From the NCBI GenBank assembly GCA_004022145.1, contig RCNU01000002.1: DNA of 64,000 nt. One strand, given 5' to 3'. Below the pieces are notes generated by a model that was not told the origin of the DNA, did not search any database, and was given only the letters and a program-made list of their open reading frames with translations. A program made the position numbers and the translations under genes. Shown here piece by piece: positions 51,902 through 63,940 of this stretch. Every line of letters begins with the position of its first letter. The stretch's first letter is position 1. This stretch comes from Paecilomyces variotii (Eukaryota).

Positions 51902-53233
51902 TCACTCCACCTCTACACCACCGGTCGAGACAGCAGCAGCAGCAGCTCCCTCCGTGGCGATAGGTTTCGAGGCAGCTAGGGAGTCTGCGTCTCTCTTTGC
52001 GACCTCCTCATCGATGAAACAGCCCAAGCCAGCAAAAGCCTCCAGTAATGTCCTGGAGTAGTATTCTTTGAGGTCGTAGCCACCAGCTTGCATCCTGACG
52101 TCTTTCCGTATGGGTTCCAGATAACTCGATGGGTAGTGGTCTTGTAGTTGGTAGTAATCCCGCTTTCCGGGGAGCAATCCGCCAAACGGGTCGTAAGGCT
52201 TCTCTGGCTCTGGGACCGTGATTTTCTTCAGGCCCTTGATCAAGCCAGAGTCGGCACCGGCTGTATCTGCAGTAGTGATTTGGCCTGCAGCAGCGCCCTT
52301 CTTGGCCTCCAAGCCGCGCAGAGCTGCCTGCTTCGCGCGGATCCTGTCTTCCTCACTCCGTCGCGCAGACGACTTCTTGAGCAAGACCTTCTGTCCCTCT
52401 CGTGCAATAGCTGCCGCGTCTGCAGCGGTGCCTGATGCCAGACGAGCCAGCATATCCTCCCGACCCGCGAGCATCTCACGCCGCTCGTTCTGGTATTCCT
52501 GTATCGCGGCCTGGCGGCGCAGACGTGCCTGTTCCTGATCGAAGGACTGCTGTTCCATGAAAGAGGTGCTCTCCTGCGACTCTAGGGCTCTGTTTGCCTT
52601 GATGGAGTGCGCGTTCTCCGCGGCGTATTTCTGGAGGTCGGCTTCGGTCTTTGCAACGTCGATGCCGGTCACGAGGTTTGCGATGATCTCTTCGCGTTGT
52701 TCGAGGAAGTCATCCCAAGCCCGCTTGGTTGCGAACTCCTCTTCGCGACGATTGAGGCTGTAGATAGACACATGGGTGTTAGCTTATTTATGGTTTGATT
52801 TATTTGGCGCATTTCACAACACATTGCCACAGAAATAGCACCAGGTGTAGAAGATGGGATAGGGATGTAACCTACATCTGCATAACCCTCTTCCGAATAT
52901 CAACCTCTCTCTCCACGCCGATATCCTCGAAGGTCTGTTTCCGGAACCGATTCTTTCGCAACGTCTTATGACAGCCCGCCACCGGACAGGGAGCCGGACC
53001 GGACGAGAAGATCCGATCGACGCAAGACTCGCACATCTTGTGGTAGCATTCTGGATTGATGAGAAAACGCATGTCCGGGTTTAGATATCGGGACGATTTG
53101 CAGACGGGGCAGACCTCTATGATGATCGTGATTAGTTCTAGTTCGTGGTGTAAAGCAATAGCTATAGGTTGAATATAAGAGACTCACCATCTTCGTCCCC
53201 ATGGCGAACAGCTCCATTGCGCAGATGAGACAT
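51902..53233 (-). CDS. tfb3: TFIIH subunit Tfb3 / CAK assembly factor MAT1; 3 exons
   Basis: RING CPVCKSSRYLNPDMRFLINPECYHKMCESCVDRIFSSGPAPCPVAGC, FEDIGVEREVDIRKRV, and C-terminal AGGY...LEAFAGL. Confidence 0.95.
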
Positions 53234-53548
53234 GGTGCAGGCGAGGAACGCAGGGAGCTGTTCGACGGCGGAGGAGAGCTTGGAAGGTCGATCGACTGAT
53301 TGTTTTAACTAAGTAGTACCATACCTAGGTACCTAGTCTTAGACAGGCACTTTACTTACTCAGATGGGGCGGAGCGGAGTTTTGCCTCCGGAACCGAAAG
53401 ATCTCCCCGCGGCTTAGAAAGACGAAGAAACAAAATTCTAACTTAGATAACTAATCCTTTTTCCTCTTCAAAAAATTCCTTAATCTCCGATTTTCCTACC
53501 ACCTGTCTCAAATAGAGCATTCAACCGCCTTGCGCCCGCGTGGTCAAG

Positions 53549-55432
53549 ATGCCCGCTCCCGACGATACTCTCGCTGATCTCGAGCATCAACGCCTCGAGC
53601 TCGAGAAGAACGTCCGCCAGCTCGAGCAATCGCTCTATCACTGGCGCCTCTGGGAAGCCGAGTACGACGCGCTCAAGGAAGAAATCAGCTCACTCAGCGA
53701 CGACAGCACCAAGGCTGATCTTCTCAAAATCAGTCGCGAATTTGACGCCTCCCTCGTCACAGAAGATGAAATCAAAGTTCTCCTCGGGGAGAGACAGGGC
53801 GTGTCGCGAACAAAAGAGCAAATCGTGCAGTTGATCTCACGACGGATCGATTACGTGAAGCAGAACGTCTCGACTGTGGAGAAGAGACTACGCGCAGCGG
53901 AGGATAAGCGCGATGCGTTACTTTCTGGAGAACAGCCTGATATGATGGCTAAGGAGGGGGAAGAATATGCCATGACGGAGATCGTGGAGGAGCTGGATGA
54001 GGAGGGTAGGGTTATTGCTAGTTCTACTTCCACGCCTGGAAAGGAGGCTCCTGAGCTTTTGGAAATGTTGAAGAAGGCGGGTATTAAGGATATACCGGCT
54101 AAGCCCGGGGCAGCTACGGAAGTATCTGGGGAGGGAAAGAAATCTACGGACAAGGAGAAGGAGAAACAGGGGACTCTTGACCATAAGAGTAAGAGTCAAG
54201 CAGAGGATGAAGCGAGGAAGTCAAGTCCTGAAAAGGTTGAAGAGAAAGAGAGTACTGTGGATCAACCGAAACCAGCCCCGTCGCAAACAAATGGGGTACA
54301 TGCGGGGGCTGATAGCAAATCTACGTCTACTATTGCCGAGAGCGTGAAGGAACGAGAGGAGCGCCTGATTCCTGTCACAGATGTTGATGAGCCTCCAGAA
54401 GATGCCAAGCTGCGCCGGGAGATGCTCGCGTACGGGCTCAACGAAGTCGGGGCTGTCGTTGCAGAGCTAGAGCTTGACGAAGACGGCAGTGAGATCTCAA
54501 TTGACGACGACTATGATTCATACTACTATGACTCTGAAGAGGAAGAGGATGAATATGGCCGAACTACCTCTAAAGTTCTCACTGAAGAGTACCACCAGCA
54601 GATGCGGGAGCTCGAGAGGAAGCTGAATGCACGCGGCATGCAGAATATTGGTCGTGATACCAGCTCCCTACCGGAGGAATTGAGACGGGACCTCGAGGAG
54701 CCGATGGTCGTCAAGGTCCAGAAGGAACAGGAACCTGAAGAGAAGACGAAGAAACCGAAGAAGAAGGTCATGTTTGCGGACAAATTAGACATCGCGCCAG
54801 AGCCGGAGCCTGCAGCCAAGGTCGAGGAAAAGAAAAAGACCGCGCCGAGGGCACCAGAGGTTAATCCGATGGCGGACTCTATCGTGGAACGCAAATCAGC
54901 CGTCACTGAAACTCAGCCAGAGACAAAAGCACCTAAGAAGACTTCCCGCTTTAAGAGTGCTCGGTCTTCTGAAGCTGTGCCGCCTCCAGCTGTTGTGCCA
55001 TCCACTATGCTTGGTACCAACATGGCCTCTGCGCCAGTCCGCGAACGGCCAGTCTCAAACCCAGCTCCCACATTGCCCTTGTTCCCCGCAAAGGCTCAAG
55101 AGAAACCGTTCTCAAAACCCATCATGTCTGATATTATCTCTGATGATACCCCAAGAAGCGAGCCCCGTCCACCTGAAGGCAAAACCCTAGCCGATACCCT
55201 TGTTGAGCGTGATACTTCTAAAACTAACGCAGTTCCTCCTGAACCAGACGAGCTGGACGAGCAGTTGCATATGAAGGAAATTGCGACGGAGTTCTACAAG
55301 ATGAGCAACCGGGTGATCCACCAAAACGGTGGCTTCCTGGACGATGATGAGCCGGAAATTGTTCCGCTCGATGATGCCCCGGAACAACCGACCAAGAAGG
55401 TCAGTCGGTTCATGGCTGCTAGAATGAAGTGA
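53549..55432 (+). CDS. bud27: Bud27/URI-like unconventional prefoldin
   Basis: N-terminal prefoldin-like coiled coil (RRIDYVKQNV), EIVEELDEEGRV, an acidic tract, EIATEFYK, and terminal KKVSRFMAAR plus an internal KKTSRFK. Confidence 0.85.
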   Translation: MPAPDDTLADLEHQRLELEKNVRQLEQSLYHWRLWEAEYDALKEEISSLSDDSTKADLLKISREFDASLVTEDEIKVLLGERQGVSRTKEQIVQLISRRIDYVKQNVSTVEKRLRAAEDKRDALLSGEQPDMMAKEGEEYAMTEIVEELDEEGRVIASSTSTPGKEAPELLEMLKKAGIKDIPAKPGAATEVSGEGKKSTDKEKEKQGTLDHKSKSQAEDEARKSSPEKVEEKESTVDQPKPAPSQTNGVHAGADSKSTSTIAESVKEREERLIPVTDVDEPPEDAKLRREMLAYGLNEVGAVVAELELDEDGSEISIDDDYDSYYYDSEEEEDEYGRTTSKVLTEEYHQQMRELERKLNARGMQNIGRDTSSLPEELRRDLEEPMVVKVQKEQEPEEKTKKPKKKVMFADKLDIAPEPEPAAKVEEKKKTAPRAPEVNPMADSIVERKSAVTETQPETKAPKKTSRFKSARSSEAVPPPAVVPSTMLGTNMASAPVRERPVSNPAPTLPLFPAKAQEKPFSKPIMSDIISDDTPRSEPRPPEGKTLADTLVERDTSKTNAVPPEPDELDEQLHMKEIATEFYKMSNRVIHQNGGFLDDDEPEIVPLDDAPEQPTKKVSRFMAARMK

Positions 55433-56474
55433 TGCTTCATCTGGCGGGCAGTCCCTATGATAAAATAGAAGTGAACGTTGTCTTAACGAATCTAATGGTT
55501 ACGCGCCCTTTCTTCGAGATCCCCTCCCTTCCCCAGATAAGCATTCATGATATTCCAACTAGATCCAGAAAACACAGATCCGTACGGATCACAAAAAAGG
55601 AACTCCTCTTTTTTGCTCCGCCTCGGCATGGGCACCGTCCCAGCCTTGGCTCTAGCAAGAAGAGACATGATCGATACAACCCCATTGAATCGATCGCGAA
55701 AGGAGTTCCAAGAGCAATCACAGGCTCTCTGACCGCGCTCCTTGTTCACGACCTGCTTTCTTTTTCCGGACACGGAAAAAAAAGAGGTCTTGGACAGCCC
55801 AATGGAGGCCGTGGTAACGTTTCACCTGGTACATTCATGGTAATATCTGCCATTAGGGAGTTTTGCTTAGCTCTGTCCCTGGCAGATAGGATACTGAGGG
55901 TATGGAGTGTTTCGTAAAAGTATGGATTTGCCTTCCACGGATATCAAGTAGTAAGTGCTCCATCTGAAGGTAAGGCGTCAGAATATCCATCTACATTCCC
56001 TTCTTTCCCTTATCAACAAGATCATATCCAAAACTAGATTTCCAATAACACTCGTATAAGCAATCCTATTCTATTTAGCAATAAAAGTTTTGGGTGAAGT
56101 AAGTTGCTGATCAGGAATTGGCGCTTCGAAACAACCTTGTCATGATATTTATAGACCCCAAAGCGCCGCACAATACGAGATCTATATCATTAGCGCATGC
56201 TCTACTCCGTACAGGGGTAAAAGTGATGATTTGCTGAGGCTATGCGAGGCTATGCTTTGACGCTAGTCCTCCGAATACTTTACTCCAAATTAACTATTTA
56301 ACCCCTGAAATCCGTCGTATATCATGATGCGGCCCCAAGAACGTTTACTTAAACTCACAACCGTTTTGTGGAGACATTAATAAAACAGTGGATCATCTCG
56401 AATTCGCAGGATCCACGAAGTGAAGTTTGGACTTAAAAAGGTTATTGGATTACAAGGATATCTCAGAACTCATC

Positions 56475-57607
56475 ATGCCGAAGGGCCTGCACTCACCGCT
56501 GCCCGCATCTTTGCGAAGTGCGTATTTACGTACCCCGTTCCGCGTCTATAGTTAATACCAGCGCATCTTCATACTGACAGCTTGTTCAACAGGCGAATGC
56601 GAAAAAGCCAGCATGATTCTTGAATCATTCATCACTCCATCTATCACAGGCAATCCGGGCGCGGCACTTCCTCGCCAACTCGCGAATGCCAAGGTACGAG
56701 GAAATCTGTATTCCCCTGAACAGAGTGCTCGAGTCTTGCATTTTCACTAACGTTTCTCACACAGGGCTTCGTGATCCTAACTGGCTTCAGAGCCTCAATG
56801 CTAGGTTCTCTTCGAGTCGGTTCGGGACTCGTAATCTCTCGTCTAGACGATGGCACCTGGTCGGCTCCATCTGCCGTGACAATGTTTGGGGGCGGATTTG
56901 GGGGCCAAATCGGGTTCGAACTGACAGATTTCGTCTTCATCCTCACCACCAGCGGCGCCGTGCGAGATTTCGCACAAGTAGCGAACTTCGCTTTGAGCAC
57001 TCACTTATCAGTCGCCTTGGGTCCAGTTGGAAGAAGCGCTGAGATCACCGCAGTCGCGAGTCACAAGGGCGTTTCGCCTATGTTTGCGTATTCCAAGACC
57101 AAGGGGCTGTATGCTGGGCTCGCTGCCGAGGGGAGCTTTTACATCCAACTCACGCCGACTAATAAGAGACTCTACAAGAGAAAAGTGACGGCGCGGCAAT
57201 TGCTCAGTGGGGAGATCCCTGCGCCACCCGAGGCAGAGTCGCTCATGCGTGTCTTATCCTCGGAGGCGTTTTCTCCTCGATCAGAACCGGTGTCAGCAGT
57301 GACTGGAACGAGAGAAATATCTAAGAGCACGCATACGCCGGATTTGGCTGGGAATCAGGAGCCAGTACCGGAATTGCAATCGCATGCGCTCATGCCACAA
57401 TTGCCTACCTTCGACAGGCAAATATCAGAATTGTCTGCGGACACCCAACCATACGAGCTAGAAGCTGTACCGCCAACAGAGCCTCACTCTGTTGCAGCAC
57501 CAACGCCAACCGAGAATCAGAACGTCTCTTCAAAGACCTCAGCCGGAGAAAAGGCTGCAGTGCAACCTGAAGTGACATCTCAACCGCCTATCGAAGTCTC
57601 ATCCTAG
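56475..57607 (+). CDS. SYLF/Ysc84 actin-binding-domain protein lacking SH3; 3 exons
   Basis: LHSPLPASLRSECEKASMIL...GSGLVISRLDDGTWSAPSA...GGQIGFELTDFVFIL...ALGPVGRSAE...YSKTKGLYAG, followed by a low-complexity tail with no SH3. Confidence 0.88.
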
Positions 57608-57886
57608 GAGGATCAAACGGAGACACATAATCTCCTGTCTTTCCAATCCTCTAATGCGCTAATCATTAATAAACAAACATATGGTCGAATCATTGCGAGA
57701 CCAATGCCTCCATAAACTAAAGGGGACTCTGGAATAATTCAACATTTTCCACATATAAAGTTCAGTAGTACAGACGTAGCCTTGTTCCCTATCAGCACGT
57801 GACACATGTGCCCAGCATCTATATATTCGAGGTTGAAAGCAAATTTAGTTTTGCTCCCAATCAATCATCTCCGAGTTTCTCGAGAT

Positions 57887-58689
57887 ATGAATCCTCGCGG
57901 GTCCGTTTGCGGCCGGACAAAATCGTTGACTAATGACCCAAACGACCCCAAAATCGTTGTCTGGACTAAGCTCCAGGTGCCTCCGGGGGAGGAGCTGGAT
58001 TCCTATTGCCAGCCGTTGCTTCATGCAGTAGGCCACGAAAGCACAGTGTGGGCCAGAGAGCAGGGAAATCCAGATATAGTGATGCTAGCGACGTGTACGT
58101 GATCCTCCAAAGGTCAAATTACTCGTATATATACTAATTTGCACTTATAGTATGGTACACTACTTCAGAATTAAGGGATTTTATGGCGTCCCCTTCAGCC
58201 CAGCTTTATAGAGAGAGCCTTGCCAATGCATCAATAGTACCTCTTATTTCTTGGGAGACTATTCATGGATACGGGTCATGGTTTGGCCCATTATCTCGAT
58301 CATTCACCCAATTATTTTGGGTCTATTTTCCAGCACCTATGACACAAGCCCAACAAGCCGAGATTTCCAGCTTGAGAGGGATTCGCCCGCCCGTTATGGG
58401 ATTCAGTATCCCACAGAGTCAGTTGCGCCAAAGACACCTTCCTGTTCAGTTATGGGCCACCCAGACTGAACATTTGCATGGACAAGAAGCCCAGTTGATG
58501 CTGTGGCCGCATTTCTGGCGGGATGCTGAGAAGGCTAAGTGGAGATTTAGTGGGACAGGCAGCTACTGGGGGTCTCCAACGGAGAGATTCATTGAAGACC
58601 TAGAAAAGGTTGGACCTATAGAATGGAAGGAAGAGTTATATGAATTTCGTCTTGCTGAGAGAAGTGATCCATTGTTATTAGTTACCTAA
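57887..58689 (+). CDS. Hypothetical protein, possibly dimeric alpha+beta barrel (ABM-like) fold
   Basis: Two ORFs join in frame through intron 58095-58150. The segment VWARE..NPDIVMLATLWYTTSELRDFMASP is reminiscent of ABM-type domains; this is weak. Confidence 0.6.
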
Positions 58690-59509
58690 GATACAAGAGC
58701 ACTCCACTGTGCCGATAGATTTTCACAAATAGCAACTTTTTTCCGACAATCTAGAAATTATCAAGATGGATTTCTGGTGTCAAAATAAACCACTTGATAA
58801 TACCATGTTACCTTACATGGGTACATTGTGAACAAACAGAATGATTGCAGACTATGCACCGGGGTTGAGAATCATATGCCTTTGGTCCATCTTCGCACTG
58901 ACACTAGTGAGAGTGTAAGTATGTGTTTAGTTCAATTTTTCCTGGCTTGATTTATGGAAAAGCCTGTGAGAACTTACACAGGTATATAAGTATGGAACCC
59001 ATGTCTGTATTATCTCTCTGTACCTAGGCGTGTGGCATTGAGGACTCTTCCTACTGTATAAGAAGCAGCTGTGCGGGTCCTATTGACGATTAGAATTTTA
59101 ACTTAAACACATTTATTTATCTTTCCATCCTGTCTCCTTTTTGAGGAATAAAGGAGTAACATACGCAATAGCAGCTCTGTTAAGCATCAGTAATTGTAGA
59201 TCTATTGTTATGTTGCTGGAACTCAATACTTACATAGTGAGACTGGCTTGTATAATCTGGGATATAGTCTTCCGAATCTGAAGGAAGATCCATTGTTGGA
59301 GGATGAAGTATCATAAGCCCCTGTTTTCTTAGGAGGCCCAGCGGGGAAACCAGCAACGAAGTACTCGGTGGTTATGATACAGACAAGTCCGATCTTGCAA
59401 AACTAAGTGAACTACGATAGTTATGCACATGCCACTTAAGTAGTGAGTTTGATCACCTGATACTGAACCTTCTCCACCTGCCAACGTATAGTTATTCGAG
59501 TGGATCTGT

Positions 59510-60250
59510 ACTTAGAGCACCAAATTAAATGCGTGGATGAATGATTGCCTTGAAATCCCCCGATCTAAAAAAGCGTGACTTCCTTAGTCACTTCCTGCTT
59601 AGCTGGAATGCTGCTTTTACAACATCGAATATCAATAGTGGATGGGCAACGACAGGTCTTCATCCTCTCAACCCAGACATCGTTCTTAACCGATTTCAGA
59701 AAACCATCGAAGAGAGACCGGAGACTATTTTATCGGCACACAAATGAAGAGAGAGCAGTAAGCTTGTACAAGACGTTGTAGAAATTCTATACGAGAGCAA
59801 GGACACGAAATTTACGAACACCATGCTAGATCTATCAAGCGATAATGTACTCCTTAAACAGTGTTGTAATGCTGAGGCTAATCAACAACTCAAGAGGGCT
59901 TTACAGCATCCTCTTCGTCATCTAGAGGATGGTAACGGCATCCTTTTCAGCCCGACTAAAGTCAAGCAAGCTTGGCTTGTTCAAGGAAAACGTGACGAGA
60001 TCAAAAAAACAGATACAACGGCAAAAACAAGAAAATGGCTTCGTCGTCGGTAGCGGAAAGAAAAACAACATCTTACACAGGGAAAGTCAATATTCGGGAG
60101 GAATACCGATTAGCTAGCTCAACTACGAGAACAAGAAATAAAAAAGCGATTGAGTAGCAAAACAAGCAGCTAGTTATACAACTTCAACAGGATATTAAAC
60201 AGGTCAATAAGAGCCCACGGAAGAAATCTGGACCGAAAAATGAGAAGAAC
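59510..60250 (+). mobile_element. Degraded pogo/Fot1-family (Tc1-mariner) transposase remnant, C-terminal part
   Basis: KRDFLSHFLLSWNAAFTTSNINSGWATTGLHPLNPDIVLNRF and later ILFSPTKVKQA are typical of the post-DDE region of fungal Fot1/pogo transposases. The frame is broken by frameshifts and stops; no TIRs identified. Confidence 0.75.
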
Positions 60251-60279
60251 TCAGTCCAGAATACCACTAATGAAGCTTT

Positions 60280-63200
60280 CTATGAGTTTGAAATATATCC
60301 ACTCAATGAGTGTAACCTCTCTAGTACTTCCTTGGTCTTTTCGTGATTCGATCCCAGTAACTTCTCATAGCCGAGCAGTACTCGATGGTATATCTCTGTC
60401 GCCAGCTTCGCCTCTCCCTGACTATAACAAAGATCGCCAAGGTTATGAACGGCACCAAGAGTAGACACATGATAAAAACCAAATATCTTCTCCCAGCCAC
60501 TGATTGCTTGTTGATATAATTCTTTGGCCTCCTTTACTTTTCCCTGCTCCTGATAAAGAACTCCAAGGTTATTAATAACACCAAGGGTAGAGGTATGGTT
60601 TAGCCCGAATTTCATTTTCAAACCATTGAATGCCTTCTGGTACATATATTCGGCCTTTTCTAAATTACCCTGCTGGTAGTAGAAGATCCCAAGACTATGA
60701 ACTGAGTCAAGAGTAGATATATGATCTGGACCAAGACTGCGTTCACAAGTAAGAAGCGCTCGCTGGTACATCTCCTCAGCTTTATGGAACATACTCTGTT
60801 GCGAATAGAGTATTCCAAGTTTGTGAGCAGTACCAGCAATGGAGAAGTCATCTTGACTGAGAGCTTTTTCTTTACCATTCAGCACTTGCTGGTATATCTC
60901 TTCGGCCTCCTTCAGCTTTCGCTGGTTGTGATATAGCCTACCAAGATTGTAGAGAGTGTCAAGTATAGAAGTATGTTCTGGACCAAGTGCCTTCTTCTTA
61001 CCAGCTAATGCTTGGTGATACATTGCTTCTGCATCCTGAATCTTACCTTGATCATAGTAAGCAACTCCAAGATTGTGAATAGTGTCGAGGGTAGAGGGAT
61101 GGTCTAGGCCAAGAGCGTCTTCTTTACCAGATAGAGCTTTCTGGTACATGATCTCTGCCTCTTTTGGTTTGGACTGATTCCAGTAGAGATTTCCAAGGTT
61201 ATGAATAATATCAAGTATAAAGGTGCGATCCAGATGCAAAACAGTCTCAGAAATATGGAGGATTTTCCGGTATATGTCTTCGGCTTTGTCCATTTCTTTT
61301 GCATCCATATAGATATTCCCAAGATTTTGCATAGTACCAAGAGTGTAGGCATGATCGGAGCCAACGGTCTTTTGATAACCGAGGAGTGCTTTTTGAAACG
61401 TATTTTCAGCATCTTTAAGATCTCCTCGATCATGATAGAGCACTCCGATGTTATGGATAGTGTCAAGAGTAGAGATATGATTGCAACTAAGAGTATCCTG
61501 ACGTCCAATAAGTGCTCGCTGGTACATTTCCCCAGCTTCCTTTAACTTTCCATGATCCCAAAAGAGGCGTCCAATATTGTGAAACGCAGAAAACACTTCA
61601 TTATTCGAGTGTGCTTCCGGCTCGTATTTGATCAACTGATAGATGCGGTTTGCATGAGGAAGGAGACGATGTTGCAGAATCCAGCGATTCTTTTCTAGTG
61701 GCCTTGGCACTCCATAACCTACAGCAACTGTAGATAAAGCCCAATTGGTCGCTTTTGATTTTTCTAAATCAATATCGATTCTGGGCAGCTCGTGCTCGCA
61801 CCAGTCCTGAACCACAGGGTGAAGAGAGTAGCCGCCTGTGTTAAAATGTTGCTGTACGAGTGAAAAATCCAAAAGCACTTTGACTGTCATGGAAAATGTA
61901 ATCTCGTTTGAGATTACATCAGAGAACCATTGTGGTGGATCTTGAATATTTAAGCCATTTTGGAGTAGCTCATACCAGATATCGTTATTGGAGAAAAATG
62001 AAAGCAGGTAGAGAAGTTGTGTTGCGTATGGAGACCTTTTGTTGATTTCGTGATAGGATATTGCCCACGCAGTCAGAATATTTCCATTAGAATATTGTCG
62101 ATGAGGTTCTGCTGCTGCTTGTAGATCACGCCACGCTCTATCGTAATGATCCAAATACTTCGTCAAGCTCATTCCCGTACGACGAATAAATGAGCCAGCG
62201 AGTACTATTGCGAGTGGTAATCCGTCTAAGCGATACGCCAATTCGTTCACGCTTAAATCAATTGGCGGACTGGAACAAGTCTGAGTATAGCCCGAACATC
62301 TTTTCAGGAGCTCTACCCCCTCGCTAAAAGACAATTTGCTCACCGGATATGATATTGTACCAAGTTCTGCGAGTTGTTGTAATCGTGTGGTAATGATGAT
62401 CGAGCCATGGTCTGCAGAGGGAAGGTATTTGTGAATATCATACGTTCCCTGCTTTATATCATTGCCATGAGCACTTTCGTAAGGCGAGTACTGATCGATA
62501 TTATCGTAGATCAACAGCCAGTGAGTGTTATTATCCTGTGAGAGCCATCTTAGGGCCTTCTGCGCATCTTTTTTCAGTTCGTTTTCGTTTTTTGTTCCAT
62601 CAATGGGACCTAGATTAGCTGGCCCCTCTTGAAGTCGGCTAGTGATTCTAGCTAGACACTGAATCAGGGTATATTCATCCTGGCCATTAATCCAGAAAAT
62701 AGCAGTGAATGCATCTTTGTATACCCGCGCAAACTGGATAGCTAACTGCGTCTTGCCCATACCGCCCGTACCATGAAGAATTGCGACCTTTTGCCGATTA
62801 GATGCATTTGGTTGCAAAGCTTTCCACAAATGACCGAGATCAGCTCCACGACCGATAAAATGATTCACGGCAGGCATGTTTGTCAACTCGAATGGAACCT
62901 GAAACTTGTCTAATACCATATTATTAGTCCAGGTATATATATAGCATGCTCATGTATTTACCTTTAGTCATCGATTCTTTATCCATAGAAGGTTTATTAA
63001 CCTCTGTAGCTGCTATTACAGAGAGTAACTCTTTGGCATACGCGGCGGCTGTCAGAGCTGCGTACCCTTGCCACTGCTTGTTCTTATGAGAATCTGCATA
63101 GTCACAAATACCTCGTATGGTAAGACAAGGAAAATGGTCCATCAATCCGGCTGCTTCCATCTCAAAGCATAACACATCTATCTCTTGTTGCAGATGTTCT

Positions 63201-63940
63201 CGCACTCTGCTATCTTTCACCACTTGGTTACCGGAAGCAATGAGACCGTAGTGAACTTCTGGCCTGTTGGGATCCCGCGGAGTTCGTACGATGATTCGAT
63301 TATTGTCACAGTTAACACAATCGAAAGATTCGGCCTGGTGATGGTACAATATATCAAATAATTGGTCTTTTGTGGGACCAGGGGAACTGAACCTAGATCG
63401 GATATCATGGCTGGTTTGAGTTGCATTGAGAATGATCTTGGGAATCGAGGTTTTCCCAATCTGGTGATCCGACTGTACATTCGCAATTGCCGTCAGGAGA
63501 ACCTGTGGTGGTTTATTCAATGACCCAGTACGGCGGAGTTTTCCATCTGCCAAAGCTTTCCCATAGTCATACTGAATAACACCTCCATGTTGATCATTTG
63601 GTTTGCTGACAACAATATCACCCAGATGAATGTCATTGGATGCACTTGGGACACCGCCACCGACACCCACTAACAGGCCAAACTGAACATTTGGAAAGCT
63701 AATCAACATCTGTTGAGCAACGACAGCCGCTGAGGTGGTCCCATAGACTCCCTCAGGAAGACATGCAACCACCACATTATGACCGGCAATCTCTCCAAAT
63801 ACATAACTATTCCGGTCGCTCTGTTGACATCGTGGAAGTCCAGGATGACTCTTGTCAAACATGAGTTTAGCAGCGGCCATCTCTACTGGCAAGGCGCAAA
63901 TCCACCCAACGGTGTAATTATCATGGGTTAGCCCCGCCAT
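60280..63940 (-). CDS. Fungal NLR-like protein: PNP_UDP_1 effector - NB-ARC - TPR
   Basis: Exon 1 has YTVGWICAL, LLVGVGGG, CFEMEAAG and IRGICDYADSHKNK. A phase-1 intron 62910-62961 joins it in frame to exon 2, which has FIGR, P-loop GTGGMGKTQLA, Walker B WLLIYDNID, IIITTR, GLPLAI, SLHPVVQ and ten ~42-aa TPR repeats. Confidence 0.93.

Noticed and set aside
56388-56416. Imperfect palindrome GTGGATC...GAATTC...GATCCAC, and a tandem GAGGCTATGC near 56236
   Set aside because: Too short to distinguish from chance, with no TIR partner or target-site duplication.
59484-59520. ACGT-starting segment considered as a pogo terminal inverted repeat
   Set aside because: No matching inverted copy was found, and the adjacent sequence reads as degenerate transposase coding sequence.
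60300-61560. 126-bp periodicity that could be mistaken for a CRISPR-like or DNA repeat array
   Set aside because: It is explained by 42-aa TPR coding repeats; there are no identical repeats with unique spacers.
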